Shown in pieces: positions 44,033 through 53,149 of a stretch of DNA of 64,000 nt (its first letter is position 1; every line of letters starts with the position of its first letter). Location of the stretch: positions 1 through 64,000 of the forward strand of contig JAZKFH010000022.1 in assembly GCA_040386535.1 (NCBI GenBank), written 5' to 3'. The DNA is from Myxococcota bacterium (GTDB taxonomy: Bacteria > Myxococcota_A > UBA796 > SXON01). Below the pieces are notes generated by a model. That model was not told where the DNA came from. It saw nothing but the letters and a program-made list of their open reading frames with translations, and did not search any database. Both the position numbers and the translations under genes were made by a program.

Positions 44033-46062
44033 TGGCCACGCTCCGGCAGGGCAACCGCCCCGTCACCGCCGCCACCGTGACCACCACGCGCCCGTGGGCC
44101 GAGCCCCTTTGGCTCGATCCCGGCGGCGACCCACCCCTCGGCGTGCGCCTGAACCGGCGGCCCGTGGAGGGTGGCAGGGGCAGGATCCCGTGGCTCCGTG
44201 GCGACTTGGAGTGGTCCGATCGCGCGGGCGCCCACCGCGTGCGCATCGAGCTCCCGGAGCGCCTTCGCCCCGATGACCATCCTGAATTGCCGCCCGCCAA
44301 GCGAACCGAGCCCCGTCGGGAGGCTCTCCGCGCCTTCGGGGACATGCTCGCCGAGCGTTGTGGCAAGGGAACGGTCACCGTCGGGCAGGTGCGGTCGCTG
44401 CCGCTCCTCGCGATCGCCGGGCTCGCCGACGCGGTCCGGGTCACCCCGCTCGACACGCTGCAGGCGAGCCGCCTGGGCACCCTCTCCGACCTCTGCACCC
44501 GCCCCCGCTCCTGGTTGCGGGAGGAGACCGCGGTGTTGCCGGTGGGCCGCGTGCGCCGCCCCGCTCGCGACGCAGTCACCCACCTCCAACGCCACACCGA
44601 GCACGCCGGTCACGATGGCCTCCGTGTGTATCCCGAGCGCATCCTCGCCTCTCTCCAGGAAGAGGAGCTCGATCTGTACGAGAACCGCGTCCTCGTCACG
44701 TTGCTCTCGCGCCTCCAGGAGCGTGCCCGAAAGCGCTTCGCTCGGGTGGAGCTCGCGCTGAGCGGGCTGTACGAGCTTCTGGCCGATCTCGACGCCGCGA
44801 AGGCGTGCGGGCAGCACCGGCGCGCCGGCCGGCTCCGCAAGTGGTTGGACGCCGAGGGCGACCTCGCGACGCACCGGGCCAACGGCGAGGACAGCCAGTC
44901 GGCGCTCCGCACCCAGCTCCGCTCCCTCGGCGCTTGCCTTACCAGCCCGCTCGCCCTCACGCTTCGCGACCGGCCTCAGGTGCGCGCGCCCCTCCGCGAG
45001 ACCAACATCCTTACTTTCGACGGCAAGTTCCGCGTCGTGTTGGAGCTCTGGGAAGCGCTCGAGATCGAGGAGCGGGAGCACCGTCGCCCGCTGGATGCAG
45101 TGCGCGAGGATCCCGACGGCGTCTGGGCGGACTACGCCTACCTGCTCCTCCTCCGCGCGCTCCTCGATGCGGGCTTCAAGCCGGCTGGCGACCCCACGTT
45201 AGCCCTGACGCTGCAACCCGTAGGACCGGCCGACCTGGTCTTCGAGCGGCCCGCCCCCTCGGGGAGCTGGCGTGCCACCGTGTCGCGACGGCTGGCCCGC
45301 GGCAACGACATGCTCGAGCTCTCGATCGAGCGCACTCGCCCTGCCGCGGCGGCCGCCGCGCGGTCCCGGGGCCCTGTCGTCACCCTTCCCAAAGCCCCGC
45401 CTGTCACCGTTCGCTTCGCGCCGACGTTTGCACAGGGTGACAGGCCCGTGGATCCAGACGTCGTCTGGCTTCACCCGCAGATCCCGTCCAGCGACGACGA
45501 GGCGCTCCCCTCCGCCGCCCTCCCGTACCCCGCGGTCGTCGCCAGGAGCTCGGCTGGCCTCTCCCACGACGGGCTCCGGCGTGTGCCCCGGGCGATCCCC
45601 ATTGCCCCCTGGTCGGCTGCGTCCGGCGACCGCCTCCTCCGCCTCGTCCGCGCCCTCACCGTCGGCGTTTCGCTCACGAACGGCGAGCCGGTCGAGTGGT
45701 GCCCAGCCTGCGGGGCGGCGGGACGAGTGGGTTCGCGCCCGAACGATCGGGTGTGCTCGGACCCTGACTGCGGCGCGGAGTGGGGCTGGCGCAGGTGCCC
45801 GGACCCATGCGGCGCTCACATCCCCAAGCTCCTCCCTCACCTACCGAACGCCGACGCGCTCGAAAAGCTGGTCTTCCGTGCGGAGGGTGCTCCCAAGCGC
45901 CTTGTCCTCCAGGAGCGCATCGCCGGCCCCGACCTGCTCGCCGACTGGTGCCTGGAGGGGATTGGCACCCACAACATGATCTGTCCGGCGTGTGGGCGGT
46001 GCGCCAACCCGAGTCCCGTTCCTGGGTGTGTTCGGTGTGTTCGGGGGGGGGCAACCCGTTAG
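44032..46062 (+). CDS. McrC-like DUF2357 protein with C-terminal Cys clusters
   Basis: DLYENRVLVTLL DUF2357-type motif; CPAC, CSDPDC, CPDPC, CPACGRC, CVRC; coupled to McrB. Confidence 0.82.
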   Translation: MATLRQGNRPVTAATVTTTRPWAEPLWLDPGGDPPLGVRLNRRPVEGGRGRIPWLRGDLEWSDRAGAHRVRIELPERLRPDDHPELPPAKRTEPRREALRAFGDMLAERCGKGTVTVGQVRSLPLLAIAGLADAVRVTPLDTLQASRLGTLSDLCTRPRSWLREETAVLPVGRVRRPARDAVTHLQRHTEHAGHDGLRVYPERILASLQEEELDLYENRVLVTLLSRLQERARKRFARVELALSGLYELLADLDAAKACGQHRRAGRLRKWLDAEGDLATHRANGEDSQSALRTQLRSLGACLTSPLALTLRDRPQVRAPLRETNILTFDGKFRVVLELWEALEIEEREHRRPLDAVREDPDGVWADYAYLLLLRALLDAGFKPAGDPTLALTLQPVGPADLVFERPAPSGSWRATVSRRLARGNDMLELSIERTRPAAAAAARSRGPVVTLPKAPPVTVRFAPTFAQGDRPVDPDVVWLHPQIPSSDDEALPSAALPYPAVVARSSAGLSHDGLRRVPRAIPIAPWSAASGDRLLRLVRALTVGVSLTNGEPVEWCPACGAAGRVGSRPNDRVCSDPDCGAEWGWRRCPDPCGAHIPKLLPHLPNADALEKLVFRAEGAPKRLVLQERIAGPDLLADWCLEGIGTHNMICPACGRCANPSPVPGCVRCVRGGATR

Positions 46063-46251
46063 TATGAGCGGGCTCGTGCGGCACGACGACAACTCCCCAC
46101 GCAGGCCTCGAGGGGAGCGAGCCATGCCCCAGTTCAGCCCTTCCTATCGCCAGTTTGAACGGCCGCTGGCGAGGTAGATTCAGCTCGCCCCGGCCCCCCA
46201 CAACCCGGCACGGCGGCTGCAACCCGCGCGCACCCGCGAACGAGAACAAGC

Positions 46252-49035
46252 GTGACGCCCCCCCTCACCCTCTCCCCCGCCCAATCCCGCGTCATCACCC
46301 ACCGCGGCACCGACCTCCAGGTCATAGCGTGCGCCGGCTCGGGCAAGACCGAGGCGATGGCTCGCCGCGTGGCCGCGCTCCTCTCCGAGGGCGCTCCGCC
46401 CGCTTCCATCGTGGCGTTCACCTTCACCGACCGCGCCGCCGCCGAGTTGAGGGACCGCATCGTGCGCCGCGTCACCGAGGCCGAAGGCCCCGCGTTCCGG
46501 GACCGCCTCGGCCCGATGTACGTCGGCACCATCCACGCCTATTGCTTCCAGCTCCTCCAGGAGCACGTTCCCCGCTACGGCAACTACGACATCCTCGACG
46601 AGAACCGCCACGCCGGCTTCCTGTCCCGGGAGTTCCGCGCCATCGGCCTCGACAAGCTCTCGGCGCGCCGCTGGCAGCCGATCCGCGACTTCGCTAGGGC
46701 CGTCGACGTGATGGGGAACGAGGGGATTCGGGCCGAGGCGCTCGGTGACACCCCGCTCGGCAAATGCTACCGCGCCTGGCGGGAGCGGCTCGATCGCTTC
46801 CACTTCCTCACCTTCTCGCTCCTCATCTCCGCCGCCATCGAGGCCCTCGAAGACCCGACGGTGGCCGCCCGCGTCCGCGCGCCCCTGCGGCACCTCCTGG
46901 TCGACGAGTACCAGGACATCAACCCCGCCCAGGAGCGCCTCATCGCGCTCCTCGCGCCCCCCACCGGAGGGGGTCAGGTGCAGCTTTGCGTGGTGGGTGA
47001 CGACGACCAGTCGATCTACCAATGGCGCGGCTCCGACGTGCGCAATATCGTGGAGTTCACCCGGGTCCGGTCTGGCTCCCACACCGAGACGCTCGCGACG
47101 AACCGCCGCTCCCGCCCCGCCATCGTGGCCGCGGCCGCCGAGTTCGCCGCCTCGATCCCAGGCCGCCTGGACAAGGACATGGACGCCGCACGCCCTCCGT
47201 CCGAGGCCGAGATCACCGGGTGGACGGCTGAGACCGAACAAGACGAGGCCGAGCACCTCGCTGCCACCGTCGAGCGGCTGCACGCACAGGGGGTCCGGTA
47301 TCGCGACATCGCGGTGCTGTTCCGCTCGGTGCGCACCTCCGCGCCGCCGCTGCTCCAGGTGCTCGACCGGCTAGGCATCCCCTACACCTGCGGAGGCCGC
47401 ACGGGGCTGTTCCTCGTGCCCGAGATCGCGCTCTTCGCCGAGACGTTTGCCTGGTTCGTCGACGGCGACTGGCAGGACGCCCGCTTCACCGAGTGGCGCC
47501 CCGCCAGCCTCGACAACGTCGTCTCCGGGCTCTCCCGCATCTTTCCGCTGGCCTCTGCGCCGGGTGGGACCGAGCTCCCCGGCCTCCGCAAGTACCTGGA
47601 GGACTGGAAAGCGTTCCAGCTCCGGGGCATCCGGCCCGTGTCGCTGGTGGGCGACTACTACGCGCTCCTCACGCGGCTCGGCGCCCACCTCGCCGACGCC
47701 GACACCCCTGCGGGCGCCGCCCGGCTCGGCGCCCTCGCCCGCTTCTCCGAGGTGCTCGGGGACTTCGAGCACGTCCACCGCCGTGGCCACCTCGCCCTGC
47801 CCGCGGAGGGTGAGGGCAAGCGCGTCTTCGTGGGCGGGCGGGACCGCGGCAAGCCCTACTTCCAGTCGCTCTACAGCTACCTCGTCTACTGGGCGCGCGA
47901 CGCCTACGAGGAGTTCGCGGGGGAAGTCCACCCCGACCTCGACGCGGTCGACATCCTCACCGTGCACCAGGCGAAGGGCCTGGAGTGGCCCATCGTGTTC
48001 CTCCCCGCGTTGGTCAAGGGCCGCTTCCCCTCGGGGCGCGCCGGCCAGCCGCAGGACTGGCTCCTGCCGCCCGACGTGTTCCCGCCGGGCGTGCGCGCCC
48101 GCTACGAAGGCAGCGATGCAGAGGAGCGCCGCCTCTTCTACGTGGCGCTCACCCGCGCTCGGGACGCCGTGTACCTCTCCTGCTTCCAGAAGCGCGCACG
48201 CCGCTTCGAGCCGTCGGCCTACCTGCGGGAGGTGGTGGGCGGACCGCTGCTCACTGGCGATCTCCCGCTCCCCCCGCCCCCCGATGCCGCCCCCGCGGGT
48301 GACGCTCCGCCCCTCCAGGTCTCCTTCTCGGACCTCGCGCGGGTGGCCGAGTGTGGCCACGCGTGGCGTCTCGGCGCCACCTTCGGGTTCCAGGCCGAGC
48401 TCTCCCCCGAGCTCGGGTATGGCAAGGCCGTCCATCATGTGCTCCGGCAGGTGGCCGAACGCGCGCGCGCCGAAGGTGCGGTGCCCGACAAAGAGGCTCT
48501 CACCCGCCTGCTCGACGCCGAGATGTACGTGCCCTTCGCCTCCGCGGCGGCCTTCACGACGATGCGCGGCGCCGCCGCCCGCGTCGTGGCCCTGTACGTG
48601 GCCCACTACGGGGACGACCTGCGTCATGTATGGGCCGCAGAACGCCCGTTCACCCTGCACGTCGCGGGTGGCGTCATCGCTGGGCGCGCCGACATCGTCC
48701 TGGGTGCCGATGGTCATCACCAGGGGCTCGACGTCGTCGACTACAAGGTCGCGAGCGATCCGCGCCGCGAGGCGCTCTACCGCCTCCAGCTCGCCGTGTA
48801 CGCCGCCTCCGGGCGCGCCGAGGGGCTCGATGTCCGCGGGGCCTACCTGCACGAGCTTCGCGATGGGCTACGGCACCCGGTCGACGTCAGCCCGGCCGTG
48901 ACGGACGCGGCCGTGGGCGAAGTCGCCCAGCTCGTGGGCCGGGTACGCAAAGGGGACCTGCCGCCCGTCCCCACCGTGGATCGGTGCGGGGCGTGTGACT
49001 TCCGGAAGGTGTGCAGCTTCGCGGCCGCCCGCTGA
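46252..49035 (+). CDS. UvrD/PcrA-like helicase fused to a PD-(D/E)xK (AddB/Cas4-like) nuclease
   Basis: ACAGSGKT, FTFTDRAA, VDEYQD, VGDDDQSIYQWRG, TVHQAKGLEW, EERRLFYVALTRAR; GRAD...VDYK, QLAVY, CGACDFRKVC. Confidence 0.95.
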   Translation: MTPPLTLSPAQSRVITHRGTDLQVIACAGSGKTEAMARRVAALLSEGAPPASIVAFTFTDRAAAELRDRIVRRVTEAEGPAFRDRLGPMYVGTIHAYCFQLLQEHVPRYGNYDILDENRHAGFLSREFRAIGLDKLSARRWQPIRDFARAVDVMGNEGIRAEALGDTPLGKCYRAWRERLDRFHFLTFSLLISAAIEALEDPTVAARVRAPLRHLLVDEYQDINPAQERLIALLAPPTGGGQVQLCVVGDDDQSIYQWRGSDVRNIVEFTRVRSGSHTETLATNRRSRPAIVAAAAEFAASIPGRLDKDMDAARPPSEAEITGWTAETEQDEAEHLAATVERLHAQGVRYRDIAVLFRSVRTSAPPLLQVLDRLGIPYTCGGRTGLFLVPEIALFAETFAWFVDGDWQDARFTEWRPASLDNVVSGLSRIFPLASAPGGTELPGLRKYLEDWKAFQLRGIRPVSLVGDYYALLTRLGAHLADADTPAGAARLGALARFSEVLGDFEHVHRRGHLALPAEGEGKRVFVGGRDRGKPYFQSLYSYLVYWARDAYEEFAGEVHPDLDAVDILTVHQAKGLEWPIVFLPALVKGRFPSGRAGQPQDWLLPPDVFPPGVRARYEGSDAEERRLFYVALTRARDAVYLSCFQKRARRFEPSAYLREVVGGPLLTGDLPLPPPPDAAPAGDAPPLQVSFSDLARVAECGHAWRLGATFGFQAELSPELGYGKAVHHVLRQVAERARAEGAVPDKEALTRLLDAEMYVPFASAAAFTTMRGAAARVVALYVAHYGDDLRHVWAAERPFTLHVAGGVIAGRADIVLGADGHHQGLDVVDYKVASDPRREALYRLQLAVYAASGRAEGLDVRGAYLHELRDGLRHPVDVSPAVTDAAVGEVAQLVGRVRKGDLPPVPTVDRCGACDFRKVCSFAAAR

Positions 49036-49039
49036 AGCG

Positions 49040-50056
49040 CTACCCCCGCGGGTTGTACATGATGTTGAACTCACTGTCGGCGAGCCCCGCGCGCAGCAGG
49101 AATTCGGCGGACACCCGACATGCCAGGTGCGCGCTCATGTTCGTCTCTACGAACCAACCGTCCCGCACGAGCCGCGGACGGCGCAGCGCACCGGGCCGGC
49201 GCGAGGCGTATGGAAATCGCTGATGCTCCAGCACCTGCTCGGGCAAGCTTTTCCGGCGCCTCAGGTGCTCGTCGGCGGCGAACATCACCACATCGGCCCA
49301 AGTGGTCATGGACCTGCGCCTTCCCTGAACCTCGACGTAGGCTGGAGAGGTGTGCGTCTCGTCCGCCCGGATGTACTTGTATGAGCGGACGCGGGCGGCC
49401 TCTCGGGCGGGCGCCGCATGCCCTGGATCGCTCCGCGGACCTGCAGGCGTCACCGGAGGCTTCTCCGGAAGTTTCCAGTTCGGCGAAGCCGCGGACGGGT
49501 GCAGGGGGTCCGCGAGCCTGGGTGGGATGCGCGCCAGCGAGGAAGCAGGTCCCCGAGAGGGCCGCGTTGCCGAGATCGGGTCGGTGGCCCCTCCCACCTC
49601 GGCCGCGGGGCCGAGCGTGAGGAGGCGCTGCGGGGCGGCGAGCGACGCACCGAACAGGGGAATTGCGCGGCGCCCGTCGGCGACCCGAAAGACCCGCCAC
49701 TCGTCGCCATCCGTGAACGCCAGTAGTTCGGGGCCGGGGCCCGCCGTGCGCGCGAAGGAGGCGGCGTAGGCGAGGGTCGTGCGCCCGTCGAAGTCGGCGC
49801 AGACGACGATCGCAAGGTGCGGCTTGCCGGCCCGTATACACAGCAGCGAGATCGGGGGCAGGCGCGGATCGGACGGAACCTCCCGCCGCACGCTCTGGTC
49901 CGAGGTCGTGTCAAAGCCGATCCAGCGCACGATGGGCTCGACGAGAAGGCGCGAAAAGTTCGCCGTCGACACCCCGCTCGCCCGGAGCGAACGGAGGCGA
50001 CGCCTGCACGCGTCGAGCTCCGAGGCCACGGGAGGCTTGTCGGGGGCCGTGTTCAT
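49040..50056 (-). CDS. Degenerate HsdR-N-like domain + Pro-rich linker + small C-terminal putative DNA-binding domain
   Basis: LVEPIVRWIGFD...VRRE...LAFTDGDEWRVF; C-terminal TWADV...GWFVETNMSA. Confidence 0.65.
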   Translation of the reverse strand: MNTAPDKPPVASELDACRRRLRSLRASGVSTANFSRLLVEPIVRWIGFDTTSDQSVRREVPSDPRLPPISLLCIRAGKPHLAIVVCADFDGRTTLAYAASFARTAGPGPELLAFTDGDEWRVFRVADGRRAIPLFGASLAAPQRLLTLGPAAEVGGATDPISATRPSRGPASSLARIPPRLADPLHPSAASPNWKLPEKPPVTPAGPRSDPGHAAPAREAARVRSYKYIRADETHTSPAYVEVQGRRRSMTTWADVVMFAADEHLRRRKSLPEQVLEHQRFPYASRRPGALRRPRLVRDGWFVETNMSAHLACRVSAEFLLRAGLADSEFNIMYNPRG

Positions 50057-50178
50057 CCATCGACGGTAGCACGGCGAGGGCTCTCGTTGGCCCGTAGATC
50101 GTCCGGACGCATCTTTGATGAGCCGAGCCCCGTCCCTCAACCCGTGTCTGCTATGCTCCCGCCCCCCGAGGACGACGC

Positions 50179-53148
50179 ATGGCCCGCACCCCCAAGACCG
50201 ACGCCGTTGAGACCGCCGACTTCGTCCACAAGGGCACGACGCGGAAGAACAATCCGCCCGCGCGCATCGCGTCCGAGGGGCGCGTTCCCCGGGTGCCCAA
50301 GGCCACCTACCGCTACAACCCGCACCTCCCGCCGGTGCTGCGCTTCGACTCCACCGGTAAGGCCGATGAGCTCGACGTGCTCGTCGACAAGGCGGGCAAG
50401 GGCGCTCTCACCGCCGAGGAGCAGCGCCGGCTCCGCGAGGCCCTCTCGGTGCACCAGCCCTGGCTCGAGTGGGCGAACAAGCAGGAGCAGCACGACCGCG
50501 GCGGCTTCACGGTCGACCCGGTGGTGCTCCACATCCACGAGCGGCTCTCCACCCGCGCGATTATCGGCGCGGCCATGCGCGAGGACGCTCAGCGCAAGCT
50601 GTTCGCGGACCCGGAGCAGAAGTACGCGGACGCGGTGAAGTTCTACAAGCACGACGTCGACTGGGCCAACCGCATCATCCTCGGGGATGCGTTGCAGGTC
50701 ATGTCGTCCCTGGCGCAGCGCGAGCGGCTGGCGGGGAAGGTGCAGATGATCTACATCGACCCGCCGTATGGGATCAAGTTTGGGAGTAACTTCCAGGGGA
50801 CGGTTTCAGACAAGCAGGTCAAGGATACGTCCGACAACTTGAGTCGCGAAGCTGAAGTGGTCAAAGCCTATCGTGACACCTGGACTTTAGGCGCACACAC
50901 CTACCTGCGCTACCTGACTGATCGCCTCCTTGTCTGCAAGGAAATGCTCACGGAGTCGGGCAGCATCTTCCTGCAGATCAGTGATGAGAACCTCCACCGC
51001 GTGCGCCTGCTCTTGGATCAGGTCTTCGGCCCGCGCAATTTCGTGGCGCAGATCCTATTTCGGAAGACAGGTGGCTTGAAGAGCAAGGGACTTGCGTCGG
51101 TCGGTGACTACCTGCTTTGGTACGCGAAGGATGCCAGCAAGGTCCGCTGCAAGAGTGTATACAAGGAAAAACGACCGGGTACGCCGGGGGCCACCCAGTT
51201 CAAGTATCTGATGCCTTGGCAGGGGGTTTTGAAGGAACTCAGCTCGCAAGAGCTTCTGGCCGCAAGTACGGATGAGGTGTTGAGTCATGACAACCTCACG
51301 TCGCAAGGAAATGCCGAGTATCGCATCCAATTCGAGGGTACCGAGTTCAAGGGGACCTATAAGCCTTCGCCCGTCAACTTGCGTCGGCTGATCGAAGCAG
51401 GCCGTGTGATGGCAATGGGGAGGACGCTGCGGTACCTTCGTTTCCTTCGTGACTACAAGTACTTCGAAATCAATGAGCTCTGGGATGACGTCTCCATCAG
51501 CGGCTTCGGCGATGAAAAGCTTTATGTGGTGCAAACCCTCCCAGAGGTTGTCCAACGCTGCATGTTGATGACCACCGATCCTGGCGACCTCGTCCTCGAT
51601 CCGACGTGCGGATCAGGCACCACCGCGTATGTCGCCGAGCAGTGGGGCCGCCGCTGGATCACCATCGACACGAGTCGCGTTGCTGTCTCCATTGCACGCC
51701 AACGCGTCCTCACCGCTCGCTTCGAGCACTTCAGAACTAAGGGCCACACACCTGAATCGGGCTTCGTCTACAAGACCGTGGCACACGTGAAGCTGGGAAG
51801 CATCGCCCAGAACACCAACCTCGACCCTATCTTCGCCCGCCACCAGCCCCTCCTCGACGCCGCCCTCACCCGCGCAAACACGTCGCTGAAGAACGTCGCC
51901 CCAGGCCTCCGCCGAATCCTCGCCGACAAGCTCGCCGACAAGACCGCGAAGGAAGGCAAGCGCGCCGTCACCGACGCCGACACTCGCCGCTGGATGCTCC
52001 CGAAGGACGCCTTCGAACACTGGACCGTCCCGTTCGACACCGATCCCGACTGGCCCGAGTCCCTCCAGAACGCCGTGACCGGCTACCGCGGCGCGTGGCG
52101 CGCCAGGATGGACGAGGTAAACGCGTGCATCGAGCGTAACGCCGACCAGGAAGAGCTCGTCGACCAGCCCGAGGTGGTCAAGGGCGTCGTCCGCGTCTCC
52201 GGCCCCTTCACCGTCGAGGGTGTGCGTCCCGAGGAGCTCTCGCTCGGCGAGGACGGCCTTTTCGACGCCACCCCCAACGAGGAGGAGCCCGAAGACAGCG
52301 TGCTCCTCGCCGCCGAGCGGCCCCCGGCTCCCTACGGCGACGAGGCACGTGACCTCGGCAACCTGCACGCCTACCTCGCCCAGATGGTCGACCATCTGCG
52401 CCGGGACGGCGTCACCTTCCCCAACAACAAGCATCGGGCATTCGCGCGGGTCGATCCGTTCAACCAGTCCGGCTCGCTGGTGCACGCCGAGGGCGCGTGG
52501 GAGGGCACCGATGCGGACCAGCCGAGCACCGTAGCCATCGGGTTCGGCCCCCAGTGCGGCCCGGTCACCGCGCGTCAGGTCGAGGAGCTCATCCGCGCCA
52601 GCCGCCGCTACGACGACCTGGTCATCGCCGGCTTCAGCTTCGAGGCGGATGCCTCGGCCTACATTAAGGAGAACCCGCACCCGAAGCTGCGCATCCACCA
52701 GGCCCACATCCGCCCCGACATCAACCCGGGCATGGACGGGTTGCTCAAGAACACCCCCAACAGCCAGCTGTTCACCGTGTTCGGCACCCCGGAGATCAAG
52801 CTCTCCCGGGATGGGGACGAGTGGGTGTGCGAGCTCGAGGGCGTCGATATCTACGACCCGGTCAACAACGTGGTCCGCTCCACGAAGGCCGAGAAGGTGG
52901 CAGCGTGGTTCCTCGACAGTGACTTCGACGGGCGCTGCTTCTGTGTCACCCAGGCCTTCTTCCCCGATCAGGACGCGTGGGAGAAGATCGCCAAGGCCCT
53001 GAAGGGCTCGGCCGACCCGGAGGCGTTCGCTGCCTTCTCCGGCACGACGTCGGTGCCCTTCAAGGCCGGCCGCCACAAGCGTGTCGCCGTGAAGGTGGTC
53101 GATCCGCGCGGCAACGAGGTCATGGCCATCCGCGCGTTGGGGCGCTGA
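50179..53148 (+). CDS. mod: Type III R-M adenine methyltransferase (Mod)
   Basis: IYIDPPYGIKF (motif IV), VLDPTCGSGTTA (motif I), C-terminal AVKVVDPRGNE. Confidence 0.95.
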   Translation: MARTPKTDAVETADFVHKGTTRKNNPPARIASEGRVPRVPKATYRYNPHLPPVLRFDSTGKADELDVLVDKAGKGALTAEEQRRLREALSVHQPWLEWANKQEQHDRGGFTVDPVVLHIHERLSTRAIIGAAMREDAQRKLFADPEQKYADAVKFYKHDVDWANRIILGDALQVMSSLAQRERLAGKVQMIYIDPPYGIKFGSNFQGTVSDKQVKDTSDNLSREAEVVKAYRDTWTLGAHTYLRYLTDRLLVCKEMLTESGSIFLQISDENLHRVRLLLDQVFGPRNFVAQILFRKTGGLKSKGLASVGDYLLWYAKDASKVRCKSVYKEKRPGTPGATQFKYLMPWQGVLKELSSQELLAASTDEVLSHDNLTSQGNAEYRIQFEGTEFKGTYKPSPVNLRRLIEAGRVMAMGRTLRYLRFLRDYKYFEINELWDDVSISGFGDEKLYVVQTLPEVVQRCMLMTTDPGDLVLDPTCGSGTTAYVAEQWGRRWITIDTSRVAVSIARQRVLTARFEHFRTKGHTPESGFVYKTVAHVKLGSIAQNTNLDPIFARHQPLLDAALTRANTSLKNVAPGLRRILADKLADKTAKEGKRAVTDADTRRWMLPKDAFEHWTVPFDTDPDWPESLQNAVTGYRGAWRARMDEVNACIERNADQEELVDQPEVVKGVVRVSGPFTVEGVRPEELSLGEDGLFDATPNEEEPEDSVLLAAERPPAPYGDEARDLGNLHAYLAQMVDHLRRDGVTFPNNKHRAFARVDPFNQSGSLVHAEGAWEGTDADQPSTVAIGFGPQCGPVTARQVEELIRASRRYDDLVIAGFSFEADASAYIKENPHPKLRIHQAHIRPDINPGMDGLLKNTPNSQLFTVFGTPEIKLSRDGDEWVCELEGVDIYDPVNNVVRSTKAEKVAAWFLDSDFDGRCFCVTQAFFPDQDAWEKIAKALKGSADPEAFAAFSGTTSVPFKAGRHKRVAVKVVDPRGNEVMAIRALGR

Positions 53149-53149
53149 C

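Noticed and set aside
46063..46251. Possible small RNA or peptide in the McrC-UvrD intergenic region
   Set aside because: Only short GC-rich stems and a motif-free short ORF; not enough support.
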